Source: Candidatus Latescibacterota bacterium
GTDB taxonomy: Bacteria > Latescibacterota > UBA2968 > GCA-2709665
Direction of reading: 5' to 3'
DNA length: 64,000 nt
NCBI GenBank assembly: GCA_965219455.1
Contig: OZ244744.1
Location: 5,152,001 to 5,216,000 of the forward strand
Below, in pieces: positions 1-8,664 of the stretch. Both the position numbers and the translations under genes were made by a program. The first letter of the stretch is position 1. Each line of letters begins with the position of its first letter. The notes beneath the pieces are model-generated. The model did no database searches and was not told the DNA's origin. It saw only the letters and a program-made list of their open reading frames with translations.

Positions 1-237
1 AACCAGACCCGGTATACGGCCGAGGCGACCGACGATCCAGCCGTGCTGAAGGTTAATCTGGAGACGTACACACCCTGTTTCGCTGGTTATCTGTCAGGGG
101 TTGATCAAGGAGAGTGGAAATCGTGCCCGGAAGCGTTCGACTGGCATTTGCACAACGGGCTGAACACGATGCGGGTGCGTTCTGTCAATAGCGCCGGCGT
201 GAAGGGCCCCGTCAGCAGCCTCACGGTAGCATTTTGA
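1..237 (+). CDS. C-terminal end of a protein entering from the left edge (unknown function)
   Basis: Frame 1 is open from base 1 to TGA at 235-237. Confidence 0.6.
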   Translation, partial: NQTRYTAEATDDPAVLKVNLETYTPCFAGYLSGVDQGEWKSCPEAFDWHLHNGLNTMRVRSVNSAGVKGPVSSLTVAF

Positions 238-371
238 CATTGTGTCTATAGTCTCACGTGCGGCCGACCGAAGTACTTGATTCCCTATTGTGGCTGTTCC
301 TGATCCGGGTTGTGAACGCTCCGATTTGTTTCCTCATCATGTAGCATGTCTCAGATCAGGTCCAACGCCTT

Positions 372-400
372 AGTCGCCCTTTTCAGTGCGGCTTTTTTTT
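372..400 (+). terminator. Putative intrinsic terminator
   Basis: AGTCGC/GCGGCT stem running into a T-tract that ends at 400. Confidence 0.5.
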
Positions 401-518
401 GTCTGGAAAGTATCCGGGACGTGGGACTGATTTTTTTTACTTGTGGGATACTTTTGGCGAAAATGCAGATCTTTATTAGTACCGCGCGGGATGTTCGCAA
501 CATCGTTGGAGTCCTGAT

Positions 519-1886
519 TTGAAGACACTTGAAGATCGAGACCTGGTCCGGCTTGCGGTATCCGGAGAGACGTGGGCGTTTGGCCGCCTGGTGGAGCGCT
601 ATACCCGCCGTATCTACGGCAGGGTCTTGAGTGTCGTCAGGCAGCCTGAAGAGGCGGATGATCTGGTTCAGGAGATCTTCCTGCAGGCGTACCGCCGCCT
701 CGGACAACTGCGCGACGGTCGTCGGTTTTCCGGCTGGCTGCTGAAAATTGCGGACAATGCGGCCTTCAGGTGGCGCCAGCGGCGAATGGTGCAGATCCGT
801 TTCGAGCAGCTCTTGACAGCGGAATGGGGCGAACACGCCGTCGTCGAATCGGAGGCGGAGCGAGAGGCACGCATGATGGTCAGGCAGGCGATTCGCCAGC
901 TTTCAGATGCGCATCGGGACGTGATCGAACATCATTACTTCAAGGGTCATTCCTACGAGGAAACGGCCAGCCAGTTGGGCCTGCAAATGAACACGGTCCG
1001 CAGCCGCCTGCAGAAGGCGAGGCAGCGGATCCGAAAGGAGATGAGCGAGATGAAAAACGGTGGACAGACCTACGATCTTACGGCGCAGGATCTTCAAGCA
1101 CTCTATTGGGCGACCCGGTTTGTGAGCCGGGACGAATCCCGTGGACGGCTTCAGGGGGTCTGCCTGGACACGGGCGGACTCGTTGTGGCGACAGACGGAG
1201 CGAGGTTGCTGCTGCGTACACTGGAGGGCGCGCAGGACCTGGAGACCCAGGTGATCCTGGGGCCCGGGTTTGAGCTTGACTCGCACCGGACAAAACGGGC
1301 AAATCTATCGATCGAGGATGAACAGGCGATGCTGTGCGCCGCGGGAGAGGAGGATCTGGTTATTCCGATTATCAAGGAACCCTATGTAAACTATGAGGCG
1401 GTCATTCCCGAGGCGGCGGGCATTCGTGTTAGGGTGACTGCGGGTGAATTGCTGAGAGCAATTAATCTGATTTCCGAACATCTTGACGCTCGACATCCGA
1501 CCTCCGCGACGTGGACATATCTGCAAAAAGTCGAGATCCAGATTTCCGCGGCGCTCGGGTCGCTTTCTCTGACCACGTCACGAGATATGGGTTATGTTCT
1601 CAGGGAGGGAAAAGGCGGCGGCATGGTCTCAATGGATGATGCCCCCTGGACCGGAGTTCCATATTGGAGGTACACCACATCCGTTGAGAGCGAGGTTACC
1701 CTGGACGACGCACCGCACCCATTCAGGATCTATGTAAATCACGCCTTTCTGAGCGATGTTGTATCCGGAATTGAAGCAGAAGGGCCGCTGGACATTTTCT
1801 TCGGCGACCCGCGGCAAGCTCTCCTTTTCGTCTCAACAGACCATCCGGACCGGAAGGCATTGCTGATGCCGTTGCGGATGGAGTAG
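519..1886 (+). CDS. ECF (sigma-70) sigma factor with C-terminal DNA polymerase III beta-clamp-like domain
   Basis: Region 2 (EEADDLVQEIFLQAY...FSGWLLKIA) and region 4 (SYEETASQLGLQMNTVRSRL). The C-terminal half has DnaN-like motifs VSRDESR..LQGV, VATDGARL, YVNYEAVIP, VNHAFLSD and terminal LLMPLR. TTG start with GGAG RBS. Confidence 0.8.
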   Translation: MKTLEDRDLVRLAVSGETWAFGRLVERYTRRIYGRVLSVVRQPEEADDLVQEIFLQAYRRLGQLRDGRRFSGWLLKIADNAAFRWRQRRMVQIRFEQLLTAEWGEHAVVESEAEREARMMVRQAIRQLSDAHRDVIEHHYFKGHSYEETASQLGLQMNTVRSRLQKARQRIRKEMSEMKNGGQTYDLTAQDLQALYWATRFVSRDESRGRLQGVCLDTGGLVVATDGARLLLRTLEGAQDLETQVILGPGFELDSHRTKRANLSIEDEQAMLCAAGEEDLVIPIIKEPYVNYEAVIPEAAGIRVRVTAGELLRAINLISEHLDARHPTSATWTYLQKVEIQISAALGSLSLTTSRDMGYVLREGKGGGMVSMDDAPWTGVPYWRYTTSVESEVTLDDAPHPFRIYVNHAFLSDVVSGIEAEGPLDIFFGDPRQALLFVSTDHPDRKALLMPLRME

Positions 1887-1921
1887 ATGACATTTCGAAG
1901 ACGGCTTTCTCCATTTTAAAT

Positions 1922-1951
1922 ACCGGGCGCTCCCGTGAGGGAGCGCCCGGT
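1922..1951. terminator. Perfect 13-bp hairpin between convergent units
   Basis: ACCGGGCGCTCCC-GTGA-GGGAGCGCCCGGT; U-tract is weak on both strands. Confidence 0.6.
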
Positions 1952-1983
1952 TCGACTTGCTGAAGGGAAATCGACCGCCTTTA

Positions 1984-2019
1984 TCAGGCGGTCGCCCTCC
2001 ACGTGGTTGTCTCCTTCAT
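1984..2019 (-). CDS. Putative 11-aa micro-ORF / leader peptide MKETTTWRATA
   Basis: GAAAGGAGG Shine-Dalgarno 6 nt before ATG, tandem TGA TAA stops, flanking hairpins. Confidence 0.4.
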   Translation of the reverse strand: MKETTTWRATA

Positions 2020-2193
2020 GACTCGCCTCCTTTCTATCGCAAACAGGTCACGCGCCATGACCTGTCCGGATTCTGTTGACGCATCAACAATTACTTTACC
2101 GAACGGTCCGCATATATACACGCCAGTGGATGCACGTGCGTCCGCCCTTCTCCGGCGGACCGGCTGACGATGGTGATTCCTGTACGCTCCGGG

Positions 2194-3009
2194 TCAATGT
2201 CCGCGAGACGCCGAGCAGGTATCCCTCAAGACCGCGGTCACAGGCTCCAGGGAGGCGCCAGGAGCCAGTACGACATCGTATACAGACCGGTATTGTTCGA
2301 CGTGGTCGCAGTCGGCGGGGAAGGCAAAGCTGAGCAGGCGGGCGTGGCTGATGCCTGCAGCCATCTTTATATCTTCGATCGTGTCTCCAAGGAGCAGCAG
2401 GTTGCGGCGCCCGGCGAACTCGGGAACGATGGCCTCGTTCAGGGTGTGTTTGTTCAGGCTGTGGATAAGCGGCGTCTTGTAAGCCACCGCAATACCGTTC
2501 GGGTCAAAGACCAGCGTGTTGGCAACGATCATGACATTGGCGGTTTGTAAGCCATCTGCGGCGAGTCGGGCTTCGATGATTTCCTTGATGCCCGCGGACA
2601 GAATGATAAGGGGTATGCGGCGATCGTGGAGGGTTTCAAAAAAAAGGCGCGCACCATCTCGAAGTTGCGGCCGATTTTCGCTGACAATCCGATGGATCGT
2701 CTGTGTGCTGAATTTGTAATCGAGCAGCAGATCAAACTGCCGCGACCACCATCGAAGAAAGTGAGGCGACTTAACGCGTTCGGGCAAATCGATCGCGCGT
2801 TCGATTTTTCGATAGCGTTCAAACAATTCCTGGTAACGCCGGTTGAACGCCTGCCCAAGATGCCCACTGTTCGCGATAACCGAACAGGTGGACTGATCGC
2901 TGCCATCCTCCCCGGTGGATCGCGTCAGCGTCCGGTCCCAGTCGCTGACAACCAGGAGCCTGTCCGGGCCGTCGGCGTGAATTTGCTTCAGTTTGTAACG
3001 CCATCGCAT
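2194..3009 (-). CDS. HAD-family pyrimidine 5'-nucleotidase (NT5C3/UMPH-1-like)
   Basis: VVSDWDRTLT motif I, ILSAGI motif II, IHSLNK, LLLGDTIEDIKMA motif IV. Confidence 0.8.
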   Translation of the reverse strand: MRWRYKLKQIHADGPDRLLVVSDWDRTLTRSTGEDGSDQSTCSVIANSGHLGQAFNRRYQELFERYRKIERAIDLPERVKSPHFLRWWSRQFDLLLDYKFSTQTIHRIVSENRPQLRDGARLFFETLHDRRIPLIILSAGIKEIIEARLAADGLQTANVMIVANTLVFDPNGIAVAYKTPLIHSLNKHTLNEAIVPEFAGRRNLLLLGDTIEDIKMAAGISHARLLSFAFPADCDHVEQYRSVYDVVLAPGASLEPVTAVLRDTCSASRGH

Positions 3010-3038
3010 GCGGTATTCAGGCGTTCCGGGATGAATTT

Positions 3039-3350
3039 CTATTGCGAGGTTCCGGATTCCAGGGACTGGGACAGCACCTTTTTCAGAATCTTTCCGGGTT
3101 TGAACATGACTTTGCGGCGGGCGGGCACGTATACCGTTTCGCCGGTGCTGGGATTACGCGCCTGGTTCTTTTCCTTTGTCTCCTTGACTTCCCAGGAGCC
3201 AAACCCACGTATCTCAATACGTTTGCCTTTGCAGATGGAAGACGTCATGGCTTCAAAAAGGACGTCGACGGCTTCTAAGGCTTTGGTTTTGGGATGGCCG
3301 ATGTTGTCCGAAAGGTACCGTGCCAGAGAAGCCTTCGTGATCGTTGCCAT
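3039..3350 (-). CDS. HU/IHF family DNA-binding protein (IHF-beta-like)
   Basis: RIEIRGFGSW...ARNPSTGETVYVPARRKVMFKPGK. Confidence 0.92.
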   Translation of the reverse strand: MATITKASLARYLSDNIGHPKTKALEAVDVLFEAMTSSICKGKRIEIRGFGSWEVKETKEKNQARNPSTGETVYVPARRKVMFKPGKILKKVLSQSLESGTSQ

Positions 3351-3647
3351 ACCCTACCCGTGATTGAGGCCGTTATTGGGAATTCGCGACCGGTGAACGA
3401 TAACTCAGAAAATTTTCAATGTCAATAGAAAAACAAGTAGAAAAACAAACCTCCGGAGTGAGAATCAGGCCATCCGGTCCACCCCAGCCGTCCCGAGAGA
3501 ATGTGAAAGGGATATCCTCCCGCCCTGCAAAGAACACTTGCCCGGGTTTCACGCGGGATTTATATTGAAATTGAACACTGGAGCGGTCCGTGTATACGCC
3601 GATACGCGCGGGCTTCGCGTCGGATTATCAAGAGGAGATCGAATCTA

Positions 3648-4073
3648 ATGAAACCCATTCTGTTGGGTCTGCTGGCAATTTGTGTCTGCGCAGCCTGTGG
3701 CGGCGATGACGACGACAATAACCCCGCGGCTTCCGAGACACTGGCCGGTTCCTACGATCTTTTGAGGTTGACTCCTTCGGGGGGCTCGGCGATAGCACCT
3801 CCCGACGCCTCCGGGATAATGACGTTAACGGAAAACCGGTATTCGGTTACGGCCTCCTTCGTTACCGCCGGGTCAGCCGACGTGAACCGGGTCGCGCAGA
3901 CCGGGATGTACGAGAAATCCGGTGCGAATCTGAGTCTGACGTCGGACAGCGGAGGCGGCGCACAATCCGGCCAGGTTTTGGACGGCGGTAACACGATATC
4001 CATATCAATTTCGGTGCAGGCAGGCGGGCAGGCACAGACGATTTCGATGATCTTTGCCAAGGCCGGTCAATAA
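3648..4073 (+). CDS. Putative lipoprotein, beta-rich (lipocalin-like)
   Basis: Signal peptide with lipobox CAAC-GG; AGGAG RBS. Confidence 0.65.
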   Translation: MKPILLGLLAICVCAACGGDDDDNNPAASETLAGSYDLLRLTPSGGSAIAPPDASGIMTLTENRYSVTASFVTAGSADVNRVAQTGMYEKSGANLSLTSDSGGGAQSGQVLDGGNTISISISVQAGGQAQTISMIFAKAGQ

Positions 4074-4204
4074 GGACCGTTCGGACTCCGGGCGGACGAT
4101 TGCGGTTAATTTCCCGGAACTGTTCAGCAGGGGTCGTGTGGTTCCAGTGGTTTTCTACAAGACGGATTCGTCACGCAGTCCGTGGCTCGATACGTGGTGT
4201 TCGT

Positions 4205-4852
4205 ATGGTGCTTCGCATTCTGAACCCTCTGGTCCTCATACCGCTTTTCTTATTTGCGGCATGCAAGTCCGCCAAGGACACCGATCTGATCGCCATGGTA
4301 AAAAAGGGAGATGAAGAGGGGGTGAAGACACTTCTGGATGAAGGCGCCAACGCGAACAAAGAGGGCAAGGCGGGCACGACCCCGTTGATCGAGGCCGCAA
4401 AAAAGGGTGTTCCCGAAGTGTTGCAGCTTCTGCTCGATGCAGGTGCGGATGTCAACGACGATAACTACAGCCGAACGGCGTTGATGGAGGCCGCAATCAA
4501 GAAGGATTCCACGATCACAGAGATGTTGTTGGAGGCGGGTGCTGTCGTGGATGCCAGAGATCTGAACCATCGAACCCCTCTGATGTTCGCCGCCGACGCA
4601 GGACTGACGGGCGTGGTCCGCGTCCTGCTGGCTGCCGGGGCGGACGTGAATGCCTCTGCACGGTCCGGCTGGACGCCGCTGATCTACGCAGCCTACGGAG
4701 GGCACGGGACGGTGGTGACGCGTCTGCTGGATGCGGGCGCCGACGTGAACGCCATAACCAAAAATGGAAAGTCCGCAGTTTGGCTGGCCGAGTATCGGGA
4801 CAAGTCGGAGGTTGTCGAGATTCTAGGCGAGGCGGCTGCCAGTGATCGTTGA
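4205..4852 (+). CDS. Ankyrin-repeat lipoprotein
   Basis: Repeated TPLxxAA...LLxAGADVN units; lipobox LFAAC after the ATG at 4205. Confidence 0.92.
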   Translation: MVLRILNPLVLIPLFLFAACKSAKDTDLIAMVKKGDEEGVKTLLDEGANANKEGKAGTTPLIEAAKKGVPEVLQLLLDAGADVNDDNYSRTALMEAAIKKDSTITEMLLEAGAVVDARDLNHRTPLMFAADAGLTGVVRVLLAAGADVNASARSGWTPLIYAAYGGHGTVVTRLLDAGADVNAITKNGKSAVWLAEYRDKSEVVEILGEAAASDR

Positions 4853-4883
4853 CCCAATGACACGCTAACGTTGGAGACATTTC

Positions 4884-4909
4884 AAAGGGCGCTCTTCGAG
4901 TGCCTTTTT
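4884..4909 (+). terminator. Intrinsic terminator after ankyrin gene
   Basis: AAAGGGCGCTC-TTC-GAGTGCCTTTTT. Confidence 0.6.
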
Positions 4910-5027
4910 CTCATGCGCGGATGGGTTTCCGGCGGAACCGGAGACACCTGTTTTTCACACCCGATCGGAAATTCGTCCATTTTCGACATCGGCAACAGGG
5001 CCATGTTGTAATGGGAGGGCAGGTTGC

Positions 5028-6149
5028 ATGATGATCTTGAATGCAGCGGTCATCGGTCTGGGAGGGCGGTCAAGGGCGCACATGTCCATTCTGCCGGTAC
5101 TCTCCGACAGGTACAGATTGGTAAGCGTGTGCGATATTGACGAGGACAGGGCGCGATCCGTGGCCGATCAGGTGGGTGCGAACGCGTATACGGATCTGCA
5201 GCTGATGTTGGATTCGGAGGCGCTGGATGCCGGCCTCATCGCGGCTCAACCGGAAATTCATCACGCGATCGCACGCATGTTGTCCGAAAGAAAGATCCAC
5301 ATCCTCACGGAGACTCCGATCGCCCTGACGTTGCCATGTGCGGACATGATGATCCGGGCTGCGGAGGAAAACGGTGTCTTTCTGGAAGTCTCCGAGAACG
5401 CCCGAAGATGGCCTCGTGAGAGGCTGAAACAGAAGATTGTAAAGGAGGGGCTTATCGGCGAGGTTCGGGAGTTCTACCTCTCCTACACCTCGGGCTCGTA
5501 TCACGGAATTAGCGCGATCAGGTCGATTCTGGGATCAGAGCCACGGGTGGTTTCAGGTACGTACCCCGACTCCCATGATGTGAGAGAACGGGGTATCATC
5601 GAGTGGTCGGACAAGCTCCGCGGGACATACGAACACAATGTGCAAAGGAGTAATTACTGGGAGGTTCTGGGTTCCGATGGAGCCATACGGGGAACGCAAC
5701 TCCATCTTTATCGTGGGGACAAGAAACTGGAGATCGTGACCGAGACTCCGGGCGAGGGAACGAAGAGAACGGCGCATCGATCCCGCGTGGGAACACAGCC
5801 GGAGGTCGTCTGGGAGAGTCCGCTCAGGGATTACATGCTTCCCAATGATGATAGCGTTGCCGTTGCCGAAGCCTGGTGCAGCCTGCACGATGCCGTGGTC
5901 CTCGGCAAAGCTCTGGAATATGGCGCGCGTAACGCCAGAAGGGATATCGAGGTGCTGATGGGTATCCGGGAATCGGCCGGCAAGGACGGGATACGCGTGG
6001 CGCTGCCTCTGGCGGATATTACCGAACACGAAAAAGGGATTCACTCGGCATTTGAAGAGGTGTATGGCGTCGATCTCCTTGATTTGACGCCCCGCCATCC
6101 CGCGCGGCGGGAATCGCTTCCCCCGCGGCTGCGTGGGCTATTGTATTGA
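5028..6149 (+). CDS. Gfo/Idh/MocA family oxidoreductase
   Basis: N-terminal VIGLGGR Rossmann motif; HILTETPIA (EKP-like motif). Confidence 0.85.
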   Translation: MMILNAAVIGLGGRSRAHMSILPVLSDRYRLVSVCDIDEDRARSVADQVGANAYTDLQLMLDSEALDAGLIAAQPEIHHAIARMLSERKIHILTETPIALTLPCADMMIRAAEENGVFLEVSENARRWPRERLKQKIVKEGLIGEVREFYLSYTSGSYHGISAIRSILGSEPRVVSGTYPDSHDVRERGIIEWSDKLRGTYEHNVQRSNYWEVLGSDGAIRGTQLHLYRGDKKLEIVTETPGEGTKRTAHRSRVGTQPEVVWESPLRDYMLPNDDSVAVAEAWCSLHDAVVLGKALEYGARNARRDIEVLMGIRESAGKDGIRVALPLADITEHEKGIHSAFEEVYGVDLLDLTPRHPARRESLPPRLRGLLY

Positions 6150-6346
6150 GCAGGATCGCACGCGGAAAAACGGCCTCAGAACCAGCATGGCGACGAGATC
6201 CCCGGTCTCGGCGGCAGGACCCGCCGGTGGGCCCTGCTCCCAAACCCAACACGCCGCCGCTTGACCGCGGGTTGTCTAACGCTGTGGATTTCGAATCAAG
6301 TCCGGTCGGACCGGAACGAAGGTCCGCGTAACCACGGGAGAACAAC

Positions 6347-6724
6347 ATGATCAACAACATCCACAAGATCGCCGTCGTCAGCGACGATATCGAAGGGGCT
6401 GTTTGTTTCTACACCGGGACGTTGGGGCTGAAGGAAATAGAGCGCTTCCCGAATGAGGACGACGAGGACTTCGTCTTCCTCAAGGCCGGAAACATCATCC
6501 TGGAACTCATGCCCAAGAAGACCATGCAGGCGGACGTGGGCTTTCACCACATCTCATTCAAGGTTGGCAGCGTCGACCGCGGCGCCAGCGAACTCGAGGA
6601 CAAAGGCGTGGACGTTACCGTTGCGCCGTTTGATGCGGAGGGGACGGACATCCGGCTGAGCTTTTTCAGCGGCCCGAATGACGTGCTCCTCCAGTTGTTT
6701 CAACGCGAATCCGATCCTGCCTGA
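6347..6724 (+). CDS. VOC/glyoxalase family protein
   Basis: IHKIAVVSDDIEGAVCFYTGTLGL, HHISFKV, FFSGPNDVLLQL. Confidence 0.85.
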   Translation: MINNIHKIAVVSDDIEGAVCFYTGTLGLKEIERFPNEDDEDFVFLKAGNIILELMPKKTMQADVGFHHISFKVGSVDRGASELEDKGVDVTVAPFDAEGTDIRLSFFSGPNDVLLQLFQRESDPA

Positions 6725-6761
6725 GATGCAGCCTGTTTATTAGACGAACCGCACCCGACAG

Positions 6762-6790
6762 AAAAAACCCGTACGCTTGCAGGCGTACGG
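6762..6790 (-). terminator. Terminator for serpin gene (possibly bidirectional)
   Basis: CCGTACGC/GCGTACGG stem with A6 on the plus side (U-tract on minus). Confidence 0.6.
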
Positions 6791-6837
6791 ATTCTGGCGT
6801 CGCGCTTGTCGGATTCGAGTGCGGCCCCCGGCAAGTT

Positions 6838-8166
6838 TTATTGAGTCGGATCCATCACGCGTCCGACAAACAGGATGGCATCCGTGGCGTTGTCCCGAAT
6901 AAGGAAGATGAACGGCCGGTCGGCCGAGAAAGCCGGCGGTAACGAGGTTACCCCGATCGTCCCTCCCGTGGCCGCGGCGGCCTCGGTTCCGCGTTCGTTT
7001 ACCTTGACAAACGCCTTGTGAACGACCGCCGAACAGTAAAGGTCTTTCGTGGCTCTCATTCCTGAAAAATCTGCTGATTCCGGGTCGAATGCGTCCGGCA
7101 TCCCCATTCCGGCCAGGGTGTCGGCCAGCTTGAATTCAGATTTGATCTCGAAGGACGGAATGGAAAGCCTGATACGGACGGGCCGCATGCGCTTCGAAAT
7201 CTCACCGACGAGGTCGGCGCTTAACGAGCTTTCGAACTGATCGTACTTTCCTCTGGCGGGAAGGAGGATAATCATCGACATCTCCTTGCCCGAATAAAGC
7301 AGCTCCACCGCCTGGGCCTGGGACGATCCGTGGCGTGCGTAGTTGAAGGTCCTCGTCTGCCGCATCATCGGAACTTGAACCCGGCTACCGCTTAACAGGT
7401 GAAACGGACCCGTGGAGGTCCGTTTTTCGTCGAAGGGGAAGTGCCAGGCCGCGTTGAAATAGATGGCATTTGCGAGTACCAGCCGCGTCATACGATTGAT
7501 GAGACCCCGCGGAATCAGGTCCTGGATTCTGTCCTCCGTCCGGTCCGAAACCCAGTCGTTGATTGCCTCGCGCGACGCCTCCGGATCGGCGCTGAAATCC
7601 ACGGACCGCATCCCGGCGCCATAGTTCTCGGCCAGCGCGTCCAGAAAGTTAGGCAGGAACGCGTACCCCTTCTGTCCCCAGATGGCATTGGCGATATTCA
7701 GCCGAAATTTCCCTCCGTCCTGACCGGTGCTCTCCTCGCCGCGAGATGAAAGCGCGAGGTCGAGGACGTTGAATGCCGGGTGCAGTTGATCCGGAGGAAG
7801 GTGAAAACGCAGCACTTCTTCCATCTGCCGTGCCGTGCCGTCCCTGGCGCCCGTGTACATCATTGCCAGCGCCACGGAGATGCCGTGCGGTGAATAAAAC
7901 AGATTCCCGTCCTGCTTTCGTAAAACGCTGTAGAGGTCGAACGCGAACGCGCTGTTTCCCCGCACCAGTTCGTCCAGTTTCACGTCTGACGCGGAAAGCG
8001 AGGTAATCCGTGACTTCTCCGACGTGACCTGTTCCCCCGGAACATCATCCCTTTCATCCGGCGCCTCGTTCACAGGTAATTCCGCGCCGCATCCCGGTTG
8101 TGCGGCGATCAGGATCAAAGTCACGAACGCACGGAGCCATCTTCCGGTCGGGAGGCGAAACTTCAT
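6838..8166 (-). CDS. Serpin family serine protease inhibitor, probably exported
   Basis: NLFYSPHGIS, LVLANAIYFNAAW, hinge VNERGTEAAAATG, C-terminal FSADRPFIFLIRD. Start chosen at MKFRLP. Confidence 0.95.
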   Translation of the reverse strand: MKFRLPTGRWLRAFVTLILIAAQPGCGAELPVNEAPDERDDVPGEQVTSEKSRITSLSASDVKLDELVRGNSAFAFDLYSVLRKQDGNLFYSPHGISVALAMMYTGARDGTARQMEEVLRFHLPPDQLHPAFNVLDLALSSRGEESTGQDGGKFRLNIANAIWGQKGYAFLPNFLDALAENYGAGMRSVDFSADPEASREAINDWVSDRTEDRIQDLIPRGLINRMTRLVLANAIYFNAAWHFPFDEKRTSTGPFHLLSGSRVQVPMMRQTRTFNYARHGSSQAQAVELLYSGKEMSMIILLPARGKYDQFESSLSADLVGEISKRMRPVRIRLSIPSFEIKSEFKLADTLAGMGMPDAFDPESADFSGMRATKDLYCSAVVHKAFVKVNERGTEAAAATGGTIGVTSLPPAFSADRPFIFLIRDNATDAILFVGRVMDPTQ

Positions 8167-8388
8167 TCGAGTTGACCTTCTGCTCGTCGAGCCCATGACA
8201 AATTCGATGGCATTGCTTTGAAAGATGTACACGGACGAACCCTCAGTGCCTATATTAGAAAGACAATTTTCTTGTACCTAAAGCTGACATCTCACATGTG
8301 CTATAGACGCCCGGTGGGGCGGAGAGTTGCTTGTTAGCAGTTGGCAGATGCCCCACGGAACATCAAGATTTGTCAGTTCCTTCCTGTC

Positions 8389-8515
8389 GTCCGTGCTCGT
8401 GTTTGTGAATGGCTTTAAAGAGATGCGGTTTTGCCTCAAGATGAAATATCATTATTGGTGTCATTCCTGCTTTTGTCGTATAGCGGGGTTTCTCGGGAAA
8501 CGCCGCGAAAGTTCA
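8389..8515 (+). repeat. Diverged direct repeat A, copy 1 (upstream of AAA ATPase)
   Basis: Ungapped manual alignment to 10535-10661 gives about 93/127 identities. Confidence 0.8.
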
Positions 8516-8664
8516 AGTTGAAATTAACCAGGCAGCTTCGGAATCCCTCCATAGCGACACCTCTCTGCCCATCGCCAAGCCGAGTTCCGCCGGATCGCTG
8601 TGGAAGTGATCAATCACTTGGGTGTCGAGGTGATGATGGTGTTTCGGGTATAGGGAGACGGACC

